Origin: the human T2T-CHM13v2.0 reference genome, Homo sapiens
DNA: 64,000 nucleotides
Assembly (NCBI RefSeq): GCF_009914755.1
Contig: NC_060938.1
Strand: one strand, 5' to 3'
Part shown: piece after piece, positions 12,386-29,282 of the stretch
How positions within the stretch are numbered: position 1 is the first letter of the stretch
How the letters are laid out: each line of letters starts with the position of its first letter
The notes under the pieces: model-generated
What the model saw: only the letters and a program-made list of their open reading frames with translations
Databases searched by the model: none
Told to the model about the DNA's origin: nothing
Program-made: the position numbers and the translations under genes

Positions 12386-15300
12386 GGGGCAAGGGCAAGA
12401 TGGCCAACTAGACACAGACAAGTGGAACAGCTCCCATGGAAGTACTGAGACAACAGGCATGCTTTTAACAGATCTTTACAGGGAAGGCATCAAGAGTGGA
12501 CCAGGAGAAGACATAGAAGCTGGGCTAAAGGAAGAGAAAGCTGGGAACGCTGCATGGACTTTTGTGCACCAGGACTCATTTTTGAACCACAACAGCTCCA
12601 GGAGCATGGGTGAGTTGAACTGGCAAGGAGCAACCCGCTCTCACCATGGGCCTCTGGAACCCCAGCAGGAGGGGACCCCTCAACCACCACAGACACGTGA
12701 GGTGGCAGGGAGAGTTACTTAGGGAAGTCTTAAGGGCAGCAAGCCAGCTGATGTGGAGCCCAGAGGGTTTGGTGCAGAAGTAACTGTAGTGGAGCATGGC
12801 CAGGGACAGCCATCCCCCTAGACTTCACTTGCTCCCATAAGAGACTTTAGTCCTAGGAGAACTGTTGGACCTGATCTGTCCAGGGAAGTCTTGCGCAACA
12901 GACAGGGCTGGTCTGACCTGAGCCCTCCTTGGTCTGCTGGCCTGTCCTGGGGCCCTAGCCTGGTCATGCCTGCTGGCAGGGCAGTCTTGAGGTCCCTGGG
13001 TACCCACGCCGTAGCTTCAACACTGATGGACCATGCCTGACCAGTAGAGAGTTTCGATGAGGCATCCCTATGGCCACGCACCAGCCTGCACGCTCCCTCC
13101 CCAGCCTGTGCAGCTTTCCTAGACCCATGGCACTCCCCACATCACTTTGCTGATGCATGTCTACACAGGTGGCTTTTGCTTTACTTGCCCAGCCAGCACA
13201 CAGGAACGCAGTCTGCCCTCCTCCCTTGCTGACCACCATTGCAGACACCCTTGGTAAGCACAGAGCTGGCAAGTCTCACTCCTGCCAGCACCCCACCCTT
13301 GCACTAACATTGCACAGAGAACAGCAGATCATCCCACACCCTGAACAATCACTCTTATTTGAGGGGCACAGAGAAGGCACCCAGATCTATGATGGTCAGC
13401 ACCCTGCCCCCAAGCCAACACCACCTCCAGTGCAACAGCACAGTCTCTAGCAAGGGCCCCCCATCCCCCACCAGCTGTGTTGCCTCCACCACTATGGTGA
13501 ACACCTGCAGGGAGGCAGGCACCCCTGCATCTGTTAGCACTCTTCTGCAGATGCTGCACCTCAGAACCCCAGCACAATGGACTGAACCTCAAAGAGGTCA
13601 AACTGGGGCCCAATGCAAGTCCCCCAGAGTTAGAGCACACAGTCCAGGAGTTGGGAGCTGAGCATTGGCCTCCTAAAATGTTCCAAAAACAAGATTGGAT
13701 TCTTCCAGTCAGCTGAATGCATCTTATACCATAATCAAACCCTCAAGGTTATCAAATAGGATAAAAGAAAAAAAATCCAAAGGTCAGCAACCTCAAAGAT
13801 TGAAGATAGATAAGCCCACAAAGATGAGAAAGAATCAGTGCAAGAATGCTGAAAACTCAAAAAGCTAGAGTACCTTCTTTCTTCCAGATGACCACACCAT
13901 CTCTCCAGCAAGGGTCCAGAACATGGCTCAGATGGCTGAAATGACAGAAATAGAATTCAGAATATGGGTAGAAATGAAGATCATTGAGCTACAGGAGTAT
14001 GTTGAAACTCAGTGCAAAGAAAGTAAAAATCATGATAAAACATGGCAGGAGTTGACAGACAAAATAGCCAGTACTGAAAAGAACATAACCAACATGATAG
14101 AGCTGAAAAACACACTGCAGGAAGTTCATAATGCAATCACAATTATTAATAGCAGAATAGAACAAGCTGAGGAAAGAATCTCAGAGCTTAAAGGCTGGCT
14201 TTCTGAAATAAGACAGGCAGACAAGAATAGAAAGGGAAAAAAAGTATGGAAGGGAATGAACAAAACTTCCAAGAAATATGGGATTATGTAAAGAGATTGA
14301 ATCTGCGACTGATTGGTGTCTCTGAAAGAGATGGGGATAATGGAACCAACTTGGAAAACATGTTTCAGGTATCATCCATGAGAACTTCCCCAACCTAGCT
14401 AGAGAGGCCAACATTCAAATTCAGGAAATGCAGAGAACTCTAATAAGATACTTCACATGAAGATCATCCCCAAAACGTAATCATCAGATTCTCCCAAGTA
14501 AAAATGAAAGAAAACATGTTAAAGGCAGCTAGAGTGAAAGGTCAGGTCACCTACAAAGGGAAGCCCATCCAACTAACAGCAGACATCTCAGTTGAAACCC
14601 TACAAGCTAGAAAGGACTGGGGCCCAATATTCAGTATTCTTAAAAAGAATTCCAATCCAGAATTTCATATCCATCCAAACTAAACTTCATAAGCAAAGGA
14701 GAAACAAGATCCTTTTCAGACGAGCAAATGCTAAGGAAATTTATTACTACCAGACCTACCTTACAAGAGCTCCTGAAGGAAGCACTAAGTGTGGAAAGGA
14801 AAGACCATTACCAGCCACTACAAAAACACATTGAAGTCCACAGATCAGTGACACTAGAAAGCAACCACATATGTCTGCAAAGTAACCAGCTAACATCATG
14901 ATGACAGGATCAAATCCACACATATCAATACTAACCTTAAATGTAAATGGGCTAAATGCCCCAATTAAAAACACAGAGTGGCAAGCTGGATAAAGAACCG
15001 AGACCCATTGATATGCTGTCTTCAAGAGACCCATCTCACATATACAATGGCATACACTGGTTCAAAAAAAAGGGATGGAAACAAATCTACCAAGCAAATG
15101 GAAAACAGAAAATGCCAAGGGTTGCAGTTCTACTTTCCGACAAAACAGACTTTAAACCAACAAAGGTTAAAAAAGAAAAAGAGGGGCATTAGGTAATGGT
15201 AAAAGGTTCAAATCAACAAGAAGATCTAAATATCCTAAATATATATGCACCAACACAGGAGCACCCACACTCATAAAGTAGGTTCTTAGGGACCTTCAAA

Positions 15301-15955
15301 GACACTTAGACTCCCACACAATAATAGTGGTAGTCTTTAACACCCCACTGACAATATTAGATCACTGAGAAAGAAAATTAACAAATATTCAGGTCCTGAA
15401 CTCAGCCCTGAGTCAAATGGACCTGATAGATATCTACAGAACTCTCCACGTAAAAACAACAGAATTTACATTCTTCTTATTGTCACATGGCATATATCCT
15501 AAAATTGATCACATCATCAGAAGTAAAACGCTCTTGAGGAAATACAAAAGAACTGAAATCATAACAAACAATCTCTAGGACCACAGTGCAATCAAATTAG
15601 AAATTAAGACTGAGAAATTTACTCACAACTCTACAATTACATGGAAACTGAATAACCTGCTCCTGAATGACTGTTTGGTAAATAATGAAATTAAGGCAAA
15701 AATCAATAAGTTCTTTGAAACTAATGTGGACAAAGATACAACATACCAGAATCTCTGGGACACAGATAAGGCAGTGTTAAGAAGGAAATTTATAGCACTA
15801 AATGCCATCAAAAAAGTTAGAAAGATCTCCAGTTAACAGTCTAACATCACAACTAAAAAGAACTAGAGAACCAAGAGCAAACAAATCCCAAAGCTAGTGG
15901 AAGACAAGTAATAACCAAAATCAAAGCTGAACTCAAAGAGATTGAGACAGAAAAA
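12386..15955 (+). mobile_element. L1 (older L1PA, L1PA13-16/L1PREC2-like) with 5' UTR, degraded ORF1 (~13825-14834) and ORF2 endonuclease region (from ~14898); 3' truncated
   Basis: Starts ggggcaagggcaagatggcc (YY1 site). ORF fragments give ORF1 coiled-coil peptides (…NSRIEQAEERISEL…) and EN peptides (WIKNRDPLICCLQETHL). Many frameshifts. Confidence 0.92.
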
Positions 15956-16614
15956 ATGTCTTTTGTAATGGATGAGTATAAGGCTCCAGATAGATACAGA
16001 GAATGATGACTTATGTAAACTTACTCTCTCTTAGCTCTATTACTGTCCCTGTTTTTCTGTTTGATGAGTTGTTTACTCTTTGGCAATAATTTTGCTAAAA
16101 ATTTCTGTAATCATGTTTTTTATTGTTAAATAATGTAAATGTAAAGAAAACATTATATATTTATAAATACATGTAGTATTTCCGAAAGTTTTCTTAAAAA
16201 GGGTATACGATCTCTAATAACACCATAATATACTGATCTATTATGTTAATATACTGATCTATTATTAATTTGTTCATATCTCTGATGTCTGTAACATCAA
16301 GCACATTTGTCATGGTTTTTAAAATAATATATATGTGTGTTTGTGTATGTGTATACATATATATATGACACATGCTGGGCATAGTCATTGCACATACTAG
16401 GTATTTGCATGTTTCTTAAACTGAAAATTAACTTATATAATCATATTCTTAAGACTTTGTGCCAATTTATTTAAATATAATACATCAAGCTTACCTTTAG
16501 AACTATTTTGAAGCTTTTTATAAAAGATAAACTTATCACTAATGAAATATAAATTGGAAATAGTCAGAAAAAGAAGAGGATGCCAAAATGTTAACTGTGA
16601 AACTAGTTGTTTTT

Positions 16615-17115
16615 GTATTGTATTGTTACATTAAAAACCACCACAAAATGTGGTGGCTTTAACACATATAGTGATTTGTTATTTTTCACAAGTCTGGGCT
16701 TTCTGAGTGGGAATATTTTCTCATGTCATTATTTCAGCCACATGAGTCTAAGGTCACTCATGTAGCTGAAATAATGTCACCTCAGTTGGGTCTGGAGAAT
16801 CTAAGCCTCACTCAGATGTGTAGGACCTTGGTGCTGGATATTCCACTAGACCTTTCTCTCCAAATGGTCACCCATCATTCCCTTGTCTAGCCCAGCCTTC
16901 CTGACATGGTAGTAGAAGTTTACCAAAGAGTGAAGACAGAAGAATGGAAACCTTTTGAAACCTAGGCTTCAGAACAGCCATACCATGACTTATTGCCCCA
17001 TTCCATTGATCAAATCAAGTCAGAAATCCAGCCCAGTTGCAAGGGTTGTAGAAATAGACCCCACCTCCTGACAGGAGGATTTACAATGACTGTATGACCA
17101 TATTTAATTTACCAC
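16615..17115 (-). mobile_element. MLT1-type MaLR solo LTR
   Basis: aaaccaccacaaaatgtggtggcttta…gaaatagaccccacctcctga…tttaccaca ends. Confidence 0.7.
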
Positions 17116-17217
17116 AGTAGTATATGTGTAATTATTAAGTATAAAATTTATTTCTAAACTTACTGACCATGAGTACTAAGTATCAGAATGAAGAATGAAT
17201 AAATGTTTATAATCCCT

Positions 17218-18797
<1,580 letters not shown>

Positions 18798-20444
18798 TTA
18801 TTTTTTTAATGATACATACAAATTACAAAGAATTCAAACAAGGCAAAAATGTAAAAAGGCAGTAAAAAAATAAAATGTACTTCAAAGCTAACTACCCAAG
18901 AGTAATAAATATTTAACATTGTTTATAAAACATTCCAACATCTTTCACTGCTTATTATGTAGCTAGAAGAATGTATGGATGTTTAAATGAGTGAAAGACA
19001 TAGCTATTTAAACAATTAGGATAATTTTCTGAAGCTAATATATAGTAGCATTTATTTACACTTAAGCAGAAGAAAAGGGAACTGAGTAAAAGAGCCTATT
19101 GACTTTGAAATAACTGTTTTTTATTAGAAGAGATATTATATGCTGAAATCCCTCTAAATTTTAAAAAATAGGAAAGTCATTAATAGGTTACAGTCATATG
19201 TTAACTATATGTTAAACCTTAGACAGGATTGGTTGAATCCTTGCTATGAAAGATAAGGATATTTGCACTATTACATTTCTTCCCACCTACCCTCTCCTTA
19301 CCTTCCAATTTCTGTTTATTATATGATTTTCAGAAAAAAACTGATAAAACAATATCCAGTCCTCAAACTAGTGCTTATTTCAAACTTGTTGCAGAGATGT
19401 AGGAAGAAAAACAAAAAGTCAGCCCAGACTGTATCAGATCTGGAACTTGCACAGAAAAAAAATAGGGGAAGCAAGAAACCAGAGACAACATATAGTCTTT
19501 GTTGGAATACTCTGCTCTTCTGAAATTTTATTAATGTCCAGTGCTAGAATCTTTCTTCCTAGATAAGGGTTTAGCTCATCATTATGTGAGGACTGTCATC
19601 AAGTTTAAGATTAGTTTTCCATTTCAGTGTGCCTTCGTTTCTAGAATCTTCATCTTGAATGCCATGAGCCCTCCATTGCATGTTTCTTATAGAAGCTGCT
19701 TACAATAAGAAAAAGATATGGAGTCTCTTTTAGTTTGCATCTCTGTAGATTTAGAGGTATTCATGAGAATTTTTAAGATTTTGAGAATTCACCATTATGA
19801 CCTCTTTGGAGTCCAGAGTAGCATTAGGAGCCTCAAAATGGAGAACTGTGTGTCTCAAAGATCTTTTGTTTCTGTCCTTAACCATCCAGCTTTTGAGACT
19901 TACGAAGCTATGTTGTTTGCTTATTTGGTTGTTGCTTGTGGAGGTTTTTCCTCTAGTTTTTACTCTTTTATGTTGATTTTATGACATATTAGGAGGGGGA
20001 TTTTTGTGATACACCTTTATTCTACTAAAGATGAATGGAATGGAATACTAGAAATGCAAGGCAATAATTTTTTAAAGAAATATCCTCCACATAAGGAAAA
20101 GTTAATCACTAAAATAAACAATGTCCTCAGCCTCACTTTTGCAACAGATGCAGAGGGACTTTTCATAAGTTGCTTTCATGAAAAAATCTTCAATGACCTC
20201 TTATTTGGTAGAGGCAGCTGAATATTAAAGTTTTGTCAGAATAAAGTGGATCTAACAGGTGCAGAAACAAATATGGCAAGATAAATTGCTTTCTAACTAA
20301 GCTAAGATAAATTACTAAGTTAAATAAGATAAATTTAATAAGTTGGTACAGTAAATAGCTAAGATAAACTGCTTTTTAAACATGATAGAATAAAAAGACT
20401 CAGTATCTAATGTGGCACATAGTTCAGTTTAATATGTATACATA

Positions 20445-20580
20445 TATCACCTTGAGGTATCTTTCTTAAAATGCAGCTTCTGATTCAGTAGATCTTGGAT
20501 GGAACTTCAAATTGTGTATTTCTAATTCCGTGACACCACTGGTGCCAGTTCTCAGATCATACTTTTAGTAACAAGATTCT
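20445..20580. mobile_element. MER5A-type hAT relic
   Basis: ttaaaatgcag…ttctgattcagtagatct…tgtatttctaa motif. Confidence 0.6.
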
Positions 20581-21048
20581 AGACAACTATAGACTAAGAG
20601 CTCCTCTACTTGACTGAATCCTTGAGACCAGAGATACTGCCTTATTTATCTTTGCATTGCTGTTCTCTAAGGAAGTACCTGAATAAAAGTTTGCCCTGAA
20701 ATATTTTCTTGTTAAATGAATTAATGAATCAGATGCATGACAACTAGGGGCCTGGAGAACTGGTATTCTATACTGGTGGGTGAGGAAGAATTCTTTTGTT
20801 TTGAAAACCAAGTGACTGAATGATAGGATTTCTATTTTGTCTTAAAATCTAAAAGCCTTACTAAAATTTTTGCTCACATGAAGTCTGCCATATATCACAT
20901 TAGCTACTTTGGCCAACAAAATATTACCTCCCAAATGCTTGAATAGATTCTTAATTGCTCTCAAGATAACAAATGTTATTCAAGTGAAAGAAATCTATAT
21001 ATTAAGTGTTACCAGTTATCCATCCTGGAAATAGAAAAACTTTAGTAA

Positions 21049-21369
<321 letters not shown>

Positions 21370-21459
21370 AACTGATTTTAAACTGTATGAAATCTTTTTG
21401 GGCCTACCCAACTATCTGTGAAATTTACCCTTGAGTAATTGAACAGATCGTCTCCTTAG

Positions 21460-21615
21460 ACTAGTAGTTTTCAGTTGCTGGCTACATTTTAGAATTACCT
21501 GGGAAGCTTTTAAAAATCCCAGTCAGTGCCCAGGCTATACCAAAGAGGTGAGACCCAAGTATTTTTTAAAGCTCCGCAGATAATTCCATTGTGCACCCAA
21601 GGATGAGAACCATTA
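21460..21615. mobile_element. MER5A-type hAT relic
   Basis: agtagttttca…agaattacctgggaagctttt…ggatgagaacca. Confidence 0.65.
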
Positions 21616-22038
21616 CTTGACTATTAGCTCTTTGAAATCTGAGTCAGTGTTCCTCTTATTTTTAACTTTTAACACTTAATACATGGTAGGTACTTCATAA
21701 ATGTTTACTTAGTCAACAGATGAATTATGTTATAAGGAAGTATTATCTGAGGCAAAACAGGAGCATTCTTCAGTATAAAGGGACCATTTTTACTATGTTT
21801 ATTAGCATCTTAAAATTTGAAAAGTTTGAATACCCTCTTAATGTTAATACTGAAAGTTGGTATTTGATATAGATAAACATTTTGGTGTTGAGATATTTTG
21901 TTGATGCAACTTGGATTTCATATCACTTTTTATCAAGATTTGATATAAATGGATTGTGATCAGAGGTGAGAAAACTGTGGCACAGGCATTTCACTACCGT
22001 AATGGAAGTACTTAAAGGAATGTTACAAAGAGATCTAA

Positions 22039-22420
<382 letters not shown>

Positions 22421-23527
22421 GGTTTTTTTATATACCAGAAAGAATAGAGAGCTATTTATAAGAGTGAGTATTTAAGCTTTTCTGCTTTTTAAAATGAAGC
22501 ACAGACAATTGAAGTTTTAACTTCGGTTTATGAAACCACTTTATAAGCACCTGTATTATAATAATCATTGATTTTTGAGGGGCTTTCCTCAGAACAAAAT
22601 TATAACTATATCTGGGATCAAAGTTCTTTAGATGGGCTCTCAGTTATCTACAATTTATGTTTTTAAAAATAGTTTGTTGCCATTAATTAATCATTGCACA
22701 GAAAAGTTCCCTTCATTTGGAGCTCTGAGCTCTGCATTTCTGTGATACCAGAATAAAACACAAACTGAAAAAAAAGGGAAAAAATCATTTTTTAGGTCTT
22801 GGATTTATTCTAAATAATCATCCTACATTTTGTGTCACTGATGAATTTGAGAATTGTGGGGACCGTATTGTACATCTCGGTATCAGCCTGCTATTTGTAT
22901 TTCACAACAGTTATCGGCAATTAAATGATGAAATTCTATTTTTAAATTTTGACTCTGAATTATAAAAACGTAATGAAACAATGTAATACCAATGCAAGTA
23001 TATGATTATAATTTAATGAGCACTTAATTGCCCTTTTTAGCAAATAGCTAAAATGTAGAATGGGTTGATAGAATTAGCAAGAATAAGAAAAGTCAGCAGA
23101 TGGAGATCCTAGTTTCACTTTGTTATAAACTAGGTGTGTAATTTTGTAAATTATTTAAGCACATTGTACTTCAGTTGTCTCTTTAGAAAATAAAGAGGCA
23201 AATCTGCTAAAGACCCTTCTAGCTCCAAAATTTTATGACATGTAATTCTAATCTCTATAACTGTCATAGTAGTGCATTTTGAATGGCTGAAAAGAACTTC
23301 AGATAAGCCATTAATTATAAACTCTTTATTTACGGTTTTCTTATGTTTTATTTACTTTCAAGAATTTGATACTTGCATCCTCATTTTCTATAATTAATAA
23401 AATAAGTACTCAAAATTTCAGTGCCTTTTGATCAAGAGTGAAACTGTTCCATGAATTGTGCTTAGAAATTTTCTTACTGACTGTTGAAAAGAATCTGTGT
23501 TTCCTCGTTGAATACAAAGTGTCCTAG

Positions 23528-23692
<165 letters not shown>

Positions 23693-24564
23693 TAGTACAT
23701 GCCTTTTCATATTCAAGGATTAAACTAATCATGGTTTTTTTAATCCTTTTTACTATATTTATATTATTTTTATAACTTTGCTAGGCATAACAAATGACTT
23801 GTAGTTCTAATAATGTGAAAATTTTGCTGTGGATGAATTGTGAAAAATGTTTCCTGACTTTTTTTCTTTGGGCTTAAACTAGAAGTGATAGAATATGAGG
23901 AAGATTAAACTGGTCCAGAGGTAATCTGTCATTTTCTTGATGTCAGCCTAATTTCAGGCACATTTCCAAAGGAAGTGATAGCAGAATTCTGATGGTTAGC
24001 ATGGCATCTGGTCTGATGTGCTTTGTCAATACAATTCTTTTCTTGAGGTACCCTTTTCATTTGTCTAAAATTACAGTAAGATGACTGCAATAGAATATAC
24101 TGATTTTACAGTACTTTTGTTGAAAAGGGATATATTTTCCACAATTCTAAATGTGAACAGCATTTAAATGCAGAATTTAATGAGCCCAAAAGTAGAATTA
24201 ATATCTAGGCTTAAGACCACAGGAAGCATCTTCAACTATTTTATATATAGGAAGAAAAATTAGGGAAAGAATGAAGAATAAGCACTATTAACTAATATGG
24301 GGGGGGATGTATTTTTTCTTTAAGGAAGCCATAAACCACAGATGTCACCTCAGAGCTATACATAAAATTACATCACCACTTGTGACATTGTTTCCTTTAC
24401 CTACCCAACCCCCCAAAAGTGTTTCTTGGATCAGTTTCAACTTAATATTTACTATGTCTTTCTATTTCAAATCAGTACACTATTGTATCTACTACCTTAT
24501 TAACATTCCACAAGGTACTTTTGCTCTGCATCTATTAAATAATTACTGGCCTTCTTATAATAGT

Positions 24565-24760
24565 ACAATGGTTTTCAAACGTTAGCCTGCATCAGAATCA
24601 ATCAGAGGACTTATTAAAACACAAATTGCTTGACCCCCCACCCCTAGAGTTTCTGATTTAGTAAAGCTGCAATGGGTCTTGAGAATCTGTATTTCTAACA
24701 AGGCCCCAGGTGATGCAGATGTTGTCGTTGTTGTTGGACCATAGACCATATTTTCACTAT
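24565..24760. mobile_element. MER5A hAT relic
   Basis: caatggttttcaaac…tgcatcagaatca…tttctaacaag…caggtgatgcagatg. Confidence 0.75.
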
Positions 24761-25424
24761 ATGAAAATGCAATTTTAAGAATTATTTTTTTTCTATTCCT
24801 CTATATAAAAACCGTGGTACATAAACTTTTGATATTATTATAATTAGGGTTTTAAATAAAATAGTTTTGGCTTTTAAAGCAATCAAAATCGAGTCGTATT
24901 GAGAGGTTAACTTCAACTGCATAAAGTCATCCTTACACAATTTATTTAGCTTCTGGCTTCTATAGTTAGTGGTTCTTTGGCAAAGTTTTACATTTCTTTT
25001 ATGCTATGACTGACTGAAAAAGTACAATTGGGAAGGAAGCCATCTCCTGCAGAGGTGTGCTTGTGTTTTGTTTCTTTGTAAGAACATTGACTACTTATGT
25101 TAAGATATGGATTTTTGGAGTTTGGGTGCTGTCTTAAGTGTTTTAGTAAATCACTTTGCGTTTATGTATGCCTATTTTTTGTGTGATGGTTTGATATTTT
25201 CATATTTTTTCATAACAGAAAAATAGAAAAAATTTCACCAGAAAATTAATTCATAACCAAATAACAGTATTATTTTTAATTCCTTGGATAATTGATCGTG
25301 GGGAAATAATTTACATCACAAAATGTTTTGTATCCTACTGGGCTTTCAGTTAATACAAAATGCTAGGCTGAAAATTCAAACCTTTGAATTCTGGCTCTGC
25401 TACTTATCAACAAGGTGACCATAG

Positions 25425-26565
<1,141 letters not shown>

Positions 26566-28202
26566 TAGACTAGTCATTTAACCACTCTGTGCCTTAGTTT
26601 TCTATAAAGCGAGGGAAATAAAAGCACCTATTTACCAAGGTGGCTGTGACCGTTCAGTGAGAACTATTCCTGGTATTTTATGTAAGAGTTAATTTATAAG
26701 AGTTAATTTTTTTTATTTGTTGCTATGTAACTTATGTAACTACCAAATGGACACATTTGATAGTTTTTCTTTTTTGCATGTAATACCAGATAGACAACTA
26801 TAGCCTTTTACTTGTTTTGAAGTATGTCCATGAAGTCTTTAGAATCTTGTTAAATTATTTCTTAATTTTGGTAGGGTAAGCTTCATATTTGATCTCTTCC
26901 ATCTCTATATTATATAAATCAGAAATCTTGAATTTCTGCTATTCTAGTATCTAGGTTTTGTTTCTTTTCTTTTTTGGCACTACTAGTTGACAAGTGTCTG
27001 TTTCCATGGCATTGTATATTTCATTATTCAGAAATTGAGCAGTATTTTATTCTTAAAGTTTTTCAGTTATTTGAAAACTATTGAGGTGCTCTTATATTCA
27101 TATATACCTATAGCAGCTACATAGTTAAAATTATATTAGAGGTTTCTTAAATGGATTTAAAATATACATAAATATGTCTTCTCTAATACCTGTTTTTGAA
27201 AAGAAGCAATTTACCTGATTGTGAATAACTTGATCTTTAATAGGTTCACTTCATATTTTATATGTATATATAAATACATATGATATGAATATCTATGGCA
27301 AAAGTTTGTAGCAGTCGTGGGCTATTAAATAATACTAATAAAATAAATAATAAATAAGCAAACATAAAATCAATATAGGCCCACTAAAAAGTAATTCTAC
27401 TAATTTCCCTTTTACTTTACATCGTAGAGTAGTTGCAGTTCTTATAATATCTAACGTATAATATTGATGTGTCAGAAAGGAATTTAGAAATATAATCCTC
27501 GCTGAATTATATACTGATTTGTCTGTTTTGATAGTTGTATCTAAAGAGAAGAAGCTGTTTCTAGACACATTTACCTATATTATATACATCAGGATTGCCA
27601 ATATTTTTAAATGAGGTCAGAAGTTATTGGTAGAAAGCACAAATACTAATTTGATAAAAGTAAAACAATGTAAAACTTCTCCCTTAAAATCCTAATAATG
27701 CTTTATAGTCGATGATTGTCAGTAATTAGCTTAATCTGTAAAGCACAAAGCAAAATTGTTTGTGGATGTGTGTGTTGTAAGAAAAAAAATGAAGGATGAA
27801 AATGATGAATAGGATGAATGAAAAAAAACAATCCAAAGATTTTGTCAATGGGTATGAGCTCTAGATAAAATGAAAAATTTAATCAACAGATTTCTCTCCA
27901 GGTCTATTAAAAATGAGAATAGAATATCAAGTATAGTAAAGTTTATCTTCTTTATTATATATTTTATAGGAATAGGGCTATCAGAATTGATTTTCCTAAA
28001 TTATGAATTTGTTTATATTTTTAGGCCCTGCATCATAGAATATGGTTCATCTGATACTTGCATGCCTTCTAGCCTTCTCCCTGCCTCTAAATATGAGATG
28101 CTATCAAAACTTACATATGAAAGCATGATAATTCTCACTCATCAACTTTTTAGAATTTTGTCTTGATAATAAAAACTGGTTTTTAATAATAGATTGCTTG
28201 CC

Positions 28203-28508
<306 letters not shown>

Positions 28509-28962
28509 GATTTCATTTTTTTCTGGTCCGATAAAGGTTGGATAATTCATTGGCACTAGTGAAATATTAGTAATTATAAAGTTCCACAGATTATGAAACT
28601 CATTTCTATACAAAGTATTTTCCCTTTATGTCCCATTATTACTTCAAAGCAATGTATGTCCAAAAAAGGTATTATTACATAAAGGATCTGTGTTTGATAA
28701 TATAGTAAATTAGAAAATGTTAAACTGTTAAATATTTAAAAGACACAAAATAACTTTCAGTACTTTTAGAGCACTAAGCTGTATTGAATTAAGGGTTGTA
28801 TGCTAATATATTATTTTGATCATAAGTAAAATAGTTGAGTAAAAGCCTAGCATACCTGTATGTCTCATCCACTTGGTCATTTGTGAAGCTTTTGTTTTTA
28901 ATCCTCAATATGTGTTCAGTGCCATGCTTGGTACTGAAGTTAAAAAATGAGTGAGACTTTCA

Positions 28963-29282
28963 CAGGGGTAAGCAATGTAGCCCACAAGCCAAATCCAGCC
29001 TGTCACCTTTTTTTTGCATGTCCAGGGAGCTAAGAATATATTTTACATTTTTAAATGGCTGAAAAAATCAAAAGGAGAGTAATATTTGTGAGGTGAAAAT
29101 TATTTGGAATTTGAATTTTAGGGTCTATAAATGAAGTTTTATTGGAACAAAGCTACACTTATTTATGTATTGTCTATGGCTAAAACAGCAGAGTTCAGAA
29201 GTTGTAAACAAGACCGCATAGCCTATAAAGCCTGACGTATTTATCATCTGATGCTTTGCAAAAAAAGTTTGTCCACCCATGG
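28963..29282. mobile_element. MER58B-type hAT relic
   Basis: caggggtaagcaa…gccaaatccagcc…aaaaaagtttgtccacccatg termini. Confidence 0.75.

Noticed and set aside
11770-16560. Possible old DNA-transposon relic in the flanks of the 12.4-16 kb L1 (also ~9100-9800)
   Set aside because: Composition is suggestive, but I could not identify TIRs or a family; needs Dfam.
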